Source of the DNA: the human T2T-CHM13v2.0 reference genome, Homo sapiens | Assembly (NCBI RefSeq): GCF_009914755.1 | Contig: NC_060925.1 | Length of the DNA stretch: 64,000 bases | Strand: one strand, 5' to 3' | In this document: positions 41,750-56,022 of the stretch, piece after piece | Position numbering within the stretch: the stretch's first letter is position 1 | Layout of the letters: every line of letters starts with the position of its first letter | The notes under the pieces: generated by a model | What the model saw: the letters and a program-made list of their open reading frames with translations, nothing else | Told to the model about the DNA's origin: nothing | The model's database searches: none | Translations under genes and position numbers: made by a program

Positions 41750-41903
41750 AAGATACATAAATGTTTTAAAGAAATTCTGAGAAATAAACCATAGTCTTTT
41801 GTATTTACCTACATAATTACTATTTTTATTGCTTTTCCTTTCTTTCTGAAAATTTGAGTTTCCATGTGATATCTTTTCCCAAGCCTAAAGAACTTGTCTT
41901 AGC

Positions 41904-41931
41904 CTCCGTCTCAAAAAAAAAAAAAAAAAAA
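41904..41931 (+). mobile_element. ultra-truncated Alu 3' end (ctccgtctc + poly-A)
   Basis: Perfect 17-bp TSD aaagaacttgtcttagc at 41887-41903 and 41932-41948. Confidence 0.85.
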
Positions 41932-44446
41932 AAAGAACTTGTCTTAGCATGTCTTACAGTGCAGGTCAACTGGCAAAAGACATTCTCTCTATTTTTTTTC
42001 AATGCATTTATTTTATATGCTGCCTTGAAAGATATTTTTGCTCACTATAGAATTCTTGATTTACAGGTTTTTTTTTCCATCAGCACCTTAAAATGTTAGT
42101 ATTTTCTATTCTGACATTATTATTTCTTATAAGAAGTCAACCATTATTTTTGTCATTCTTTCCCTTTATATAATATGTCATTTTTTTCCTCTGGCTGCTT
42201 TCAAATTTTCTCTTAATCTTTGGCTTTTATTACGGTATGGCGTGGTCTTCTTTGGATTCATCTTTCTTGAATTTGTAAGTTGATTCCTTTCACCAAGTTT
42301 GGGAAATTTTCAGCATTTAATTTTTTTTTGTTTGTTTCTTCTCCTTGCTCTCTTCCCTCTTACTGTGACTCCAATTCCACATATATGGTACCTTTGGCTA
42401 TTGTCTCCCATGCCCCTGAGAGACTCAGGGTGTTAATTTTTTCAATATATATTCTCATTCATATTCTCTCTCTCTCTTTCTCTCTCTCTAAGTCTCCCAG
42501 TCTAAGTCTCATTCTCACGAGGACACTTTTGTTGGTCATCTCCAATCAGCTCTTAGGCCCATCTACTATATATTTATTTCAGATATTGTATTTAATCAAT
42601 ACTATTACATTTGCATTTTAATAGTTTGTTTCTTTGCTGTTTCCTCTCTGTTTAATAACTATGAGAATATTTTTCTTTTACATCCTTAAGCATTGTTAAA
42701 ATACCTACTTTAAAATTCTTATCTTCTAACGCCTGTGTCACCTCAGATTTGGTGTTCACTAAGTGGCTTTTCTCTTAAGTATGGATTACATTTTCCTGTT
42801 CCTCAATATGTATAATGATTTGGGGTCATATTTTGGACATTGTGATTGATATATTCTAGAGACACTGTATTATTTCTGTTTCTCTTTTGAGTATTGATTT
42901 TTTGGTTTAGCAGGCAGTTTATTTGGCTGAACTCAAACTTCAAGTTTTGTTACTCTCCTGTGATGAACATGTCCTAAAATCTCTGTTGCATTATTTTAGC
43001 CTTAGCTGGACTACTTCTGGTGTTCCCATGCACATGTAATTGAGAGATCATCCAGAAATTAGGGTAGCATTTATAGGCACAGTGTTGCATTCCCTTTCTA
43101 TGGCTCTCTCTTTCTGACATCCCCTCCACAACTTACTTCCTAGCTACTATGGTTGCCTTGAACTCTAACCTCTCATTTCTTAATCAGAAAGACTGTGTAT
43201 TTCTATCTGAGTATTAGTTATCTTGCATGCCACTGACTGGGGTCCACCCATGGGCAAAAATGTATAAAATCAGGAAACACACAAAGTACTGTTTTTTCCT
43301 TCCTTGTGTCTACTCCTCTCCAGTTTCTACCTGGTTTTGGCCACTTTCCAGTGTCTTCAGAGAACTATTTGCTGTATTTTGATCAGCATTTTTAATTGTT
43401 ATCAAAATGTGTCTCATCATTCATTCATTAGAGATGTCAGCATTGCTCTAGGCACTGAGGAGTGGAAAATAATGATGCTCTTGCTTTGAAAGAGCTCAGA
43501 GTATAGGGTAAGAGACAGACATATAACTAAGGATTGTAAAAGAACTTGATAGATGCTACAGTAGAGTAAGGATAGAAAATATCTGTGCCTTATATTCCCA
43601 TTGCCAACCTGTGATCTTTGTCTGCATTTCCTATTCTCCATGCCTGGTCATCTCCCTGTCCTTTATACATTACCAAATTTTTCTTAACTTTTCATCATTT
43701 TTCTCTCCAAATCAAAATAATTTTTATGGCCTTTGATCTAATAAAAGTATAAACTCTTATGACATTCAAGACACACTGTCTGCCTTCGCCCTCTTTATTC
43801 ATCCTTATTTTCACCAGTTTACTAATTCTGTAATTTAACCTACAGTAATCCTATGACCAATGTATGCACAACACAAATAGATACAAATGCAAAGTGTGGT
43901 AAGTGCCACCAAGGAGAAGTACATGGTGCTATCTGTGTTTTTCCTGTGGTTCACTCATCCCACATTTATTCCACAAACTTTTATTAACCACCCATGTTAT
44001 GCCAGGCATGAGGCTAAACCAGTCCGTTACCATTCAAATCATATATGTCTTTCCATTTTCATGTCTCTACTAACCAGCCTCCTTTCTGTCATGCCTTGCC
44101 TCTAGCCCTTTACTCCTCCAAACTCTACCTATTTATGGCCTCTCAGCTGAAGCTTCACCTACTCCAACTGTATAATGATTGCCAAATGATTGATCTCTCA
44201 CTTTGTGCTGCTATGCATCATAACTATTTCTTATTTTTCAGTGTATCTCCGGAACCTAGGTGCACAGTTCCTGGAGGCACATTAGGCATTTAGTAAATAC
44301 TAAATAACTGCATTCATGCTTACACCACACATGCTAGGTTCTAGCTCACTCCTGGAAGCTCATTTAAATCTCTCTTCTCTGAACTCCTAAAGCACTTCCC
44401 ATAAAAATTAGCATCAAATCAAGTAATGCCTCTAATTATCCATTAC

Positions 44447-44547
44447 TGTTCCCAGCGAGTTTATCTTGATGCTCTCAGTGGATTGCAAACTCAGGGGATC
44501 CAAAGTGTGATGAGGATATGCTTCATCACAGTAATGCAAAGTTGAAC
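44447..44547 (-). pseudogene. relic exon (101 nt, open, phase 1-0)
   Basis: tttatctccttcag| ... ACA|gtaatg; STLHYCDEAYPHHTLDPLSLQSTESIKINSLGT. Confidence 0.5.
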
Positions 44548-44971
44548 CTGAAGGAGATAAATATTCAATAACTGCATGAGTTTTTTTTTTCATTGAAATG
44601 ACCAATGTCTTTGATATCATTTTGAAACATTTCCACAAAAACTGCACCAATGGTATTCAACAACGTATACCTGGAAGTTCAGTAGACAATATGACGTGGT
44701 GGTTAAGAACAAGGTCTTAAAATATAGAGACTGCAGTTTGAGACCTAGATTTGTCGTTACTTTACTGTGACCTTGGGCAAGATATTCAATCTCTTTGAGC
44801 TCAGTTTCCTCATCTCCATAATGAAGAATAGTATCTTCTCCATAGGAGTGCTATAAGGAATAAATGAAATAGAGTAATGTGTGTACAATGCTTAAGTTAG
44901 TACTGATGTATGGGAAATGAGTCAGTATATTTCACGTGATATCATTTATACTACTGTTGGCACTATAGTAG

Positions 44972-45332
44972 TGTATTAGTCCGTTTTCATACTGCTGATA
45001 CGGACATACCTGAGACTGGGTAATTTATACAGAAAAAGAGGTGTAATGGACCCATAGTTCCACATGGCTGGGGAGGCGTCACAATCATAGCAGAAGGCGA
45101 AAGGCATGTCTAACATGGCGGCAGGCAAGAGGGAATGAGAGCCAAGTAAAACAGGAAACCCCTTATGAAACCATCAAATCTCATGAGACTTATTCACTAC
45201 TACGAAACAGTATGGGGGAAACTGCGCCCATGATTCAGTTGTTTCCCACTGGGTCCCTCCCACAACATGTGAGATTTATGGGAGTTACAATTCAAGATGA
45301 GATTTTGGTGGGGACACAGACAAACCATATCA
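44972..45332 (-). mobile_element. THE1-type MaLR solo LTR
   Basis: tgtattagtcc...aaaccatatca, 361 bp, 5-bp TSD ag(t/c)ag. Confidence 0.9.
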
Positions 45333-46135
45333 AGCAGACACACTTAACTTCCTAGAAATCCTGTTTAAAAGGAGGCCATGGAAGTTCAAAACAGTTTAGT
45401 GACTTGCACAAAGTCACTCAGCTAGTGAGACTCAGAGCCAGAACCCAACCCTGGCCTCTGTGTCTCCTGAACAAATTATCTTCTTTACACAGCCCTAGCT
45501 CTCAGGAAACATGCTCAGAGAGCCTATCCCTGTGCAGCCAAAAGACCAAATCTTTTCCTTGTTGGAATGAAAATAAATCTATCAGAATGGTTGTTTTAGC
45601 ATCCTAGAAACTCAAGTAAACATTCAGAAAATATACAGATGAGGTTCAGGAACTCAAGCACGGTGTTGCTTGGGTGTGTTATGGCAAGCAGAGTAAATGC
45701 ATGGAGAAACATTTCTGTCCCTGATACATATTTCATACTATTTTGTTTAGAGCCACCAAGTGGATTAAGGAATAAGATCCTAGACCTGGGATTTCAAATG
45801 AGAGGTGATTATCTGCAGAGCTCAGACATTTCTGTCCTTGGAGAGCTGTGTTTCCCATGTGATGATTGTTCAGTCAGGAGAGTTTCTCCTGACAGGTCTG
45901 GGGCATCTCAATTTTTTTTAACTGAGAGTTTCAAAAAATTTTTTTAATGAGGGTTTTTTCAAAAACCCTCATCATAGTCTCTTTCATTCAGCTTCTCCAT
46001 TAGTAAGACACAGTGAGTAATTCAAGGTTTGACATTGCCCAGGGATGACAGCCTAGATCAAGAAGGGGAAATGATGTGATCCAGAAAAGGTTGGTGCTTT
46101 TAACACTCAGACCCCCCCCATTTGACATAAGTTAC

Positions 46136-46329
46136 CCTTCCTTCTCATTCTTGGGCCTGTTGCTAACCTGCTTCTACCAGTTTAGCCTTGGAAATTTCAT
46201 TTCTGTTTACTCTTCTCTCTAAACTTCTTTGTTTTATGTATTTAAGAGGCTAGCAGTAGGTTAAATCAAAGCTAAATTTCTTTTAGCTGAGGCACTCTTG
46301 CTACATTGGCATTTTAATGTTCTTGGAAC
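46136..46329 (-). pseudogene. possible relic exon (194 nt, mutated acceptor)
   Basis: ctctttgtccatacgg| (AG lost) ... AGG|gtaact; KKFSFDLTYC*PLKYIKQRSLERRVNRNEISKAKLVEAG*, with 5 stops overall. Confidence 0.3.
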
Positions 46330-46440
46330 CCGTATGGACAAAGAGTTGAAAGAAACATATACTCATTTTAATATAAATTTTTCTATCTTATACATAAATT
46401 AAAGAAGCTATAAAATTGACCCATGTCTCTTATTTTTCAG

Positions 46441-46502
46441 ATAGACCACATGGTACAAGGCCATGCTGCTTTTCCAGAACTACAAGTAAAGGCCACAGCC
46501 AG
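46441..46502 (+). CDS. FGGY: FGGY internal coding exon (62 nt, phase 0-2)
   Basis: Acceptor tatttttcag| and donor CAG|gtaact. Encodes IDHMVQGHAAFPELQVKATA(R), in frame with the previous exon. Confidence 0.95.
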
Positions 46503-47028
46503 GTAACTGCTGTCTCTGTTCCCTCTAAAATTTTCCTTGTGTGACTGTATTGAGAGAATTCACGTTGGGCAGTTGGGTGATTTTCAGATCCTACAGACAA
46601 TGAAAATGCCTGTTAGTGCTTGAAAGATAGTCACCTGGATGATCCAGAAGATAGATGTATTAATTCTTTAAATGAGGTAAGAGAACTTAGAGAACCTAGA
46701 GATACCCCAAGAATATACCCAGGGACTATAGATAAGAAACTCTGATGTAGAAGAAGGACCATGGATTCTGGAGTCAAAACTTCTTAGTTTCACATCCCAG
46801 CCATACTCCTTAATAGATACAGGACCTTGAGCTAGTTACTTAACCTCTTTATGCCTGTCTCTTCATCTGTAAAACTGAAGATAATAACTGATATGGAGTG
46901 ATTTCTAGAATATTTTGAAGCAAGCTGAGTGCAAAAAAAATTTACGATATACTCCCTTTCATGTAAAAAGAAAGACATAGGAAAATACATGTGTATCTGT
47001 TCATTTTTGCAAAAGAAATATAGGAAGT

Positions 47029-47358
<330 letters not shown>

Positions 47359-47903
47359 TTACCTACAGGGGGTGGGTAGGAATGGGGTGGAAAGAATGTG
47401 GGAATGGGACCATGGTAGTAGGAAGAAATGACACTTCTCTGAGTATACCTTTTTATATAACTATAACTCTTAGAATTATTGTCATGCCTCATGTCCCTGA
47501 TACCCCGATAAAATAGGTGATAGATAACCAGGATATATGTGTATGTTGGCATGGGCAAAATGAAATGCACACAGTAAAAACTGAACCTACTGTATTACAA
47601 AGGGGGTTGGGAAAAGAAAAGAAAGGAAAAGAAAAAAGAAAAGAACCTAAGTAAATTTGGGAAAGAATATTTTGACTATATGCCATATGGCTAAAGAGAA
47701 AAATAACCATACATAAATATTATACTCTAATTGGTAAATCTGTTTTTCATAGGTGTATATGTTAGCTATAGTGACAACTCTTTATGTGTATGCTACAGTT
47801 GAGTGAAGAAATCAATATATTGTGGATAATAAGAGCCAGGTTCCTCACAAATGGGAAAAGGAGAAGGTTAGAATGAACCTCATGGTGTCAATATCAACTT
47901 ATG

Positions 47904-47907
<4 letters not shown>

Positions 47908-47957
<50 letters not shown>
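47908..47957. repeat. (TA)n(CA)n compound microsatellite
   Basis: Read directly from the sequence. Confidence 0.95.
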
Positions 47958-49483
47958 GCTGGATATAAATATAAGTAAATATAGATATGTATATTCATGC
48001 ATGAATATACATGCATATACTCCCTAGGTCTCTCTGCTGAGATGGCTTGGAAGCAATGACACGATAGTAGCAATGTGTGTACCTAGCTCACAGGTACTGT
48101 ATTCTAAGTACCATTCTCCCATTTCTCCAATAAAAGTAATCAGGACTTCTTAGAAAGATGGCTGAGTCTACGCTGCGGCAGTAAAATTATGGTGCCAGAA
48201 AGAAAAAAGTTACTCAACAAGGAATTGTCAAGGTACATTGGAACCAACTTTAAGAATCTCTCAGTGGCCTACTCAGGATAAAATAAACAGTAATAGCGTA
48301 AAGTAAGTCCATAAGTAAATAACTTTGTAAGTAAACTACTGAAGAAGGAAATAAACGAGGACGAAATGACAGGTCTTCCTCTTCACTGTCAGGACAGTAG
48401 CCTTACAATTAATAAATGTAGAAGAAATAATGGAAATAGATAATCAACATTAGGTAAACACTACAGAGATAAATGTTGTAGGCAAGAATCATTAATGGAT
48501 GCTAAAATTAGTGAGTAAAAGTGGGAAGCAGGATATTTTCATAAACCCAGAGGATTTCAGTACAAGATACTGAGTAATAGGAAGAGGAAAATAATAACTT
48601 TCCAGTAGTATATAAGTATGGCAGACACCACCTTACCCAAGTGATGAAAGTAAACAACACCAGCAATAACATGTAGTGATATCATGTATCTCCTTTTATG
48701 AGGCACCGATAAAGATACAACATCATTTCTGCCATGTTCTTGCCCAAAATGATTAAACTCAGTGTAAATATGGGAAGCATCAGACAAACCTAGATTGACA
48801 TTCCACAAAGCTATTAGCCAGTTTGCTCCAAAGGAAAATTAAGAAACTTAAATACTGAAGAACTGTCCTAGATTGGAGGAGACTTAAGGAGGTACTACAG
48901 CTGTAAGCAGTATATAATCATGGATTCAACTCTGGACCAGAGAAAGGACATTGGTGGAGGAAAACTGTTGAAATTCAAATAGAGATTAATAGTATTGTTA
49001 TTTATGGCAATTTCTTAGGTGATGAGTAAAAGGGAACTCTGTGTATTATTTTTGTAACTTTTGTGTAAATCTAAAATTATTTTGAAATAAAAAGTCTAAA
49101 AAATAATGAATGGATTTTCATGCTGATAATGCTTAGTTGTCAGGCTGTTTAAGTAAAGTAAGATATTTTTATAGAATTATCAGAGAAACCCATGTAGCTA
49201 GCTAGCACAGGACAAAAGAGAGATAGTCTAAGGTGGCCACTAATAGACTCTGAAGCCAAATTGCCTTTGCCTCAGCTTTGTCGCTTATTCACTTTCTGTT
49301 TCTGGGCTATTTACTTAACCTCTGTGCCTTAGTACCTCACTGTAAAGGGAATAATAGTAAACATTTCATAAGGTTGTTGAGAAAATTAAATGAATTAGAA
49401 TAATGGGTGATACAGAGTGATGATTAAGAGTCAGGCTGTAATAGGTGTTCAACTAAAAAAATGGTAATGATAAAAATTACTGT

Positions 49484-49690
49484 TGGGGAACATCACACAC
49501 CGAGGCCTGTCGTGGGATGGGGGGATAGGGGAGGGATAGCATTAGGAGAAATACCTAATGTAAATGACGAGTTAACGGGTGCAGCAAACCAACATGGCAC
49601 ATGTATACATATGTAACAAACCTGTACATTGTGTACATGTACCCTGGAACTTAAATAAAAAATGAATAAATAATAAATAAATAAATAAAT
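49484..49690 (+). mobile_element. short L1PA 3' end
   Basis: ggggaacatcacacacc...gtaccctggaacttaaa followed by an (AAAT)n tail. Confidence 0.9.
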
Positions 49691-50372
49691 GATTGTTGTA
49701 GTTAGTATATTAGACATTTCCATTCTACTAAGTGACTTACATTCTAATAGGATCAGCACACCTACACAGAGCAGAATAAATGAATACTGTAGTAAAATAT
49801 ACGTAGTGTGTTATCAGGCTGTGTAGAAAAGGAGGACTGATTTTGACAAGGAGTTTAAGAAAAGCTTCATAGGCATTCCCTTCTAGGAGTCTTTAGTTAT
49901 AATGCCATTGCAATTAGTCATTAATTACAATTACCATTGAGAGGGATTATGTCACATAACCTTACCAACTAGCATATTAGTGGCATAGAGACCATATAAC
50001 CTAGAAAAGGGATTCCTAATTTCGGATCATCAATGAACCTCTTTAAATTGTGTACTGTTCTGCTGATTACATAATTCTGCATGTATTTCTGTGAAGGGAC
50101 CATAACGGTCATTATTTTCTTAAAGGGTTTAAGCATTTATAAACCACTAAGCCAAAGAAAAGAGCACTAAATTTATAGTCTGGAGACCTGAATCCAAATC
50201 TCAGCTCCAACATGTATCATTGTGTGAAACCCATTTTCTTCATTATAACATAGGATAGTAATGGAGAATCAACCCGAAACACCTCTAAGGATTTATTTTG
50301 AGTTTAGAAGAGGTAATATATTTGACGGGGCCTTGTAAACTGAATTGTGACAATAATGATGATCACTACTAC

Positions 50373-50741
50373 TCTGTTAGTCCATTCTTGCACTGCTGTG
50401 AAGAAATACCTGAGACTGGGTAATTTATAAAGGAAAGAGGTTTAATTGACTTACAGTTCTGTGGGCTGGGCAGGCATCAGGAAACTTACAGTCATGGTGG
50501 AAGGGGAAACAAACACATCCTTCTTCACATGGTGGCAAGAGAGAGAAGTGCTGAGCAAAAGGAGGAAAAGCCCCTTATAAAACCATCAGATCTCATGAGA
50601 AGTCACTATCACAAGAACAGCATGAGGGTAACCACACCCATAATTCAATTACCTCCAACCAGGTCCCTCCCACAACACATGAGGATTATGGGAACTAAAA
50701 TTCAAGATGAGATTTGGTAGGGACACAGCCAAACCATATCA
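50373..50741 (-). mobile_element. THE1/MST-type MaLR solo LTR
   Basis: ...tagtccattcttgcactgct...aaaccatatca, 5-bp TSD actac. Confidence 0.9.
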
Positions 50742-51064
50742 ACTACTACTATTACTACTAATGATTGTAAGAGGAGGAAGTTTGGTGGTGGTTGCTATGG
50801 GTTCAAGCAGCATACGTCAGTCATTCATACCTTGCCTGCCTTCTTATGGAAAGCATGGAGGAACAGCAAGGACAGGGACTGTGAATTAGAGTCCTTGAGT
50901 TCTTGTACCTGTTCTGCCCTGAATGTCTCAATGACTACTAGATTCTTCATCCATAAATTACAATAATGATACCCTACTTACTTCATTTTACAGGCATTAA
51001 TAGGATGAAAGCAGGTCACAGGAATGTCTGTATATGAACATTTTAGTGTGTAACACAAACTTAC

Positions 51065-51141
51065 TGAATATTTAGTTTTGCAATGACATACTCTAAACTT
51101 CCAGAACTTTCTTCTATAGATAAACTTCATTTGAGTAGCTT
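51065..51141 (-). pseudogene. relic exon (77 nt), frame uncertain
   Basis: Long polypyrimidine tract followed by aacag|; donor TCA|gtaagt. Confidence 0.45.
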
Positions 51142-51875
51142 CTGTTGCAAATCATAATAAAAAGAAGAAAGAATTTATGGATTACCATGCAAACTCAGAG
51201 AAACAACAGTATCGGGTGGTTCAGAAGCAGCAACTTACAGAACTCAGTGATGGAGTCAGAACTGGATTTAAATCCCACCTCTTTTCACATAACTTCAAAC
51301 CCACTTCCAGCTACTTTCCTGTATTTCTCCTTCTGTTTAGAGTGGAGTTTCTCCAAAGCATCGCCTGTACTCTTGGTCTCTACTTCTCCACTTCCTACTC
51401 CTTCCTTGCCCACTGCAGTTTGAATTCTGTCACCATCAGCCCCCTGAAACGTTTCATATTAAGGTTATCAGTGACCTCTATTTTGCTAAGTCCATAGGAT
51501 GTTTTTTATTCCCCTTTCTTTAGTTCTCAGCAGCATGGGGCATCAGTGATCACTTTTTCCTCCTTTTAACATTCTCTTTCCTTGACTTTCTGGAATGTCA
51601 CCCTGTCTGTTTTCTCCCTATATCTCTGATTCCTCCTTCCTAACCACTTTTCTTGAGTTTATAGTCCTTTTCTTGACCATTAACATTAATTTTTGTCACA
51701 GCTAGCTTCCTGGCCCTCTTCTCTCTTTGCCATCTCTTCCAAGATGATCTCAGCTATGCTCTTGACTTCATTTCTGTCTATATTTTGATGACTCTTTTAT
51801 GTCCAGCCCAGATACTTAGTAGGTATTCAGTAAATGTTAGTTCGGTTTCCTTCCACTTTTCTTTTATTGTCTTAC

Positions 51876-53005
51876 AAAGGAAAGTGCATCTGTGTCTTAT
51901 TAGATCTATGAGTACAATATTCTAAAACTATGGGACCCTTTATGCTTCCGGTCTTAGAAAGAAACAGGCATAGCTGTTTTTGAAATGAAGTTAGCTGTTT
52001 GGAAGAGTGGACAAATCCTTCTGAATCAAGAACCATGTGTCTCTTTTACTATGACTTGGGGCTTTCTGAAAACAGCAATGCAGGTCACCCCTATCTCAGA
52101 GCTTAGGGTCAGCAAATCCTGTTTGAAACTGTGGAAACAAGTGTTGATAAACAGATTGAGTATTTTATACTCTTGATTTACAATAATCCTCTTAGGCCCC
52201 ATCTCTGAAGAGAAGTGTTTTGCAAGCTTATAAATTAAGTAAACAAGAACTGGATGTGCCCGTACATGTAACTGGTAACCAAAGTTTCTCTTCATGTGGG
52301 GCCAAATTTGCAGATATTTCACTCTTTAGCAGAGATCACCTTATGTCAATCATAAATTTTGACTCTTTTCCTCTAAACTTGATTCTCTTAGAGGTTCTTA
52401 ACTAACAGTGTCTCTGAATTAGGTTCTGGTGACAACAGGGTTTAGTGAGAACATTTTGGCATAATCCACAAGTGCTAGATTCAAGGTTGGCAGCAAAGCA
52501 AAACTTAAAATCCAGGGTCTGTGGCCCATCTGTCTGATGAGTATCTTTTGAGCATTTGTGATACATGAATGAACCAAGCAAACAAAGTCTTTGCTTTCAT
52601 AAAAATATACACACACATACATATATAAACATGCAGTACATACATGCAAATATGCATACTATATACATATACACATATGCATATATACAGATATAGCCAG
52701 CCATTGATAAATGCTCTAAGGAAAATTGTAGATAAATAAGGAGATATAGAGCATTGGTTTCAAAGCCCTTAATGTTGTCTTTGTTGTGCTAGTGCATATT
52801 TTTTTCCTCAGCCTTTCTTTTTTCCTACTTTCCCTGAATTTTTCTGTTATTCCTCTGAGGACAGCTAATTTTTCTTGATCTGATTTATTCCTCAAACTTC
52901 TTTTGCTTTTGTAATTCCCATAATCCCACTAAATATCAATTTCTTAAAATTCACTAGTCCTCTATATCGCGAATCGCAGATAGATTAAAACTTCCCATTA
53001 AAGGC
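51876..53005 (-). pseudogene. large relic exon interrupted by an L2-like insertion; 5' boundary uncertain (coding-like DNA continues to ~53790)
   Basis: Frame ...SLRNKSDQEKLAVLRGITEKF...NQC/SKDTHQTDGPQTLDFKFCFAANLESSTCGLCQNVLTKPCC... is continuous once 52557-52755 is removed. 3' part MVLDSEGFVHSSKQLTSFQKQLCLFLSKTGSIKGPIVLEYCTHRSNKTQMHFP ends at TT|gtaaga. Confidence 0.5.
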
Positions 53006-53427
53006 TGTACAAATCCCCCTCAAGCAAAGAAAGGGAAAAAAAGGACAATAACATTTATTAAGAATCTGCAGTATGTTTGGCACTGTGCTTAGTGATAATA
53101 GTTTCACGTATATTATCTCATTTAATTCTAGATGAGGAAATGAGGATTATTGGGAGCTCTCAAACTTCACTTCTAAAAATTTTTCTCTCTTTCCATTCTG
53201 CTCTTTTGTATTGAGAGTCCCCTTTTTGCCTTTATGACTTTTTAAACCTTGGACCGTCATTCTGATAACTGGGGTGTTGAGTCTATCACTGAATATTTAC
53301 TTAGCCTTCCCTGAGCTAGGACAGTCAGTGTGATAATATTAACACCTTTCATTCCCCCATGGTATACAAAGATAATCAGTAAATTCTTGATGGCTCTGAG
53401 TTCAGAAAGATTTCTTACAGAAATTAG

Positions 53428-53756
<329 letters not shown>

Positions 53757-54571
53757 TATTATACGTTTCTTTGGTTTCTGTTTTGCATGCAAATAAAAGA
53801 AAGTGCTCAGGGCATTGGGGTCTTCTCTAGAAGACCAAGGGTCTGTGCTGATTTAGGACATAAATCCTCTTATTTTCTACCTCCCAACTGGTTACCAGTA
53901 GCTCAGCACAGTGCCTGGTGGCATAGGGGCATGTGTAGGGAAGTCATAAGATGCCTGTTCCTTTGCCCTGTCCCCATCTTCTGTATATTCCAGCATGTCT
54001 GGAAGGCTGTGTCCATCTGAAGGGTTTTAGATGGTGTGGGAGTAATAATCAAGGTTACATTGTAGAAGAACCAATCAGGAAAGAGTACAGAAAGCCTGAT
54101 TGGACATTCTTAGTTGAGTTGTCTTTGGACATCTAAGAGGAGGCATTTGAAGAGTGGTTGGATACTTGACCTGGAACTCATAAGAAAGAAATGGACAGGA
54201 GTTAAGGTCATATATTTGGAAGTCCTCAGCACTAGATGGTAACTGGAGCAATGAGAAGAGGTTAGGATCATCCAAGAGGAGATAAAGAGTAAGAAAATGG
54301 TGAAAGACAGTAGATCTCTGGAAGACGTCATATGTTTAATGAACAAGTGAAGAAGGAGAAACAGCCAAAGAGGAGGGAGGAAAATCAAGAGAGAATAGTG
54401 TTTCAGAAACAAGAGAACAAATGAGGAAGGAGTGGTCAAATGATGTAAAATGCCCAAAATGATTCATCGGCATTAACAACAAAGAGGGTATTGTTCCTCA
54501 TGGTAGTACCAGTTTCAGTAGAATGGAGCAGGCAGAATGCATAGTGTATTGGGTTAAGAAGTAAGGAACTA

Positions 54572-54954
<383 letters not shown>

Positions 54955-55349
54955 TTATACCATGTATTCTGATTTTTTGGTTTAAGAGTATGACCACCAT
55001 ACTCTCTGGGCAGCCTGTGAACCCATAGAATTAGGTGATTTATGGAGAGGGAGAGGACATGAGAGATTTCAGGGATGTTGTCTGCATTTAAGATCACAAG
55101 CAATAGGTCCGAAAAAAAAAATCTTCTTTGATTCTTGGATTTTTAAAAAACTAGAAATGAGTTTCTTATGATGGCAAAGAAGAGGAAACTATTTATTGAT
55201 AAACCTGTCATTTTATAGTGCTCAGGGCTCTATGTTTAATCTTCATAGCAGCCTTTAAGTAGACAGTATTAGCCCCAATAGCAAAAAAGCAAATAGGCTC
55301 AGAGAGGGTTTGCCTACCTGATCATCCAGCTGGTACGTGGTAAAGTCAC

Positions 55350-55438
55350 TTTATGATTATTGAAACTATATTTTCTTCATGATACCCAGTGGGATGTGGA
55401 CAGCAAAAGTTTCTCCTTTTGAGACAGGATATATCAAC
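55350..55438 (-). pseudogene. possible relic exon (89 nt)
   Basis: ctctctctcatgaaccccag| ... AAA|gtgact; VDISCLKRRNFCCPHPTGYHEENIVSIII open in phase 0. Confidence 0.3.
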
Positions 55439-56022
55439 CTGGGGTTCATGAGAGAGAGGGTGAGCGATCCACTTGGGATCACAGTTAATATGTGATTCCC
55501 TAGCTAGAAGAAGGCAGGCTGCCATTTGAGAAGGAACTGATAAAACATGCAAAATGACACAAAGTCAGAACCAAAAAAGGCATCATGCAAGGTTAAAATT
55601 ATGTGAATAATGATGTGTATTAGTTAGTTTAATGTCTTCCAAGTGCATTTCATTTTGAATGATATACTCAGATAGCACACATGGTAAGGTATAATTGAAA
55701 AAACATGTAGGAGAATGGCTGCATTCAAAGAATAAACATACAGCTGCAAGGAGGTTAGGAGTCAAAGGGGTAAGCATATGCCCCATCCCTCAGGGATCTC
55801 ATTAGTGCATGAGTGGCCATATATGTAGAGGCTAAATGAATCTCACTGTTTGCAAAGACCTGCAGTAAATGAGACAATGACGAATCAATAATAATTAGGC
55901 CTATACGTTCTTATTGACCCAGATGTCTGAAACCAAATGCCCTGCTCAGAGATTCCTTGAGAGGCAGAATGAAAAGATTTATAGACATGCGTTTCCAAAA
56001 AAAAAAAAAAAAATCCCTTTAC

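Larger units (their letters stand above)
40870..43410 (-). mobile_element. ancient L1M fragments
   Basis: T-rich diverged antisense L1 (acagcatatagttgggtcttgc, ctggctgctttcaa, caagtttgggaaattttcagc). Confidence 0.6.

Noticed and set aside
52026-52322. 98-aa ORF with a DAC-C-terminus-like GVTCIAV
   Set aside because: A different frame is continuous with the flanking relic sequence, and there is no DGA/HR motif.
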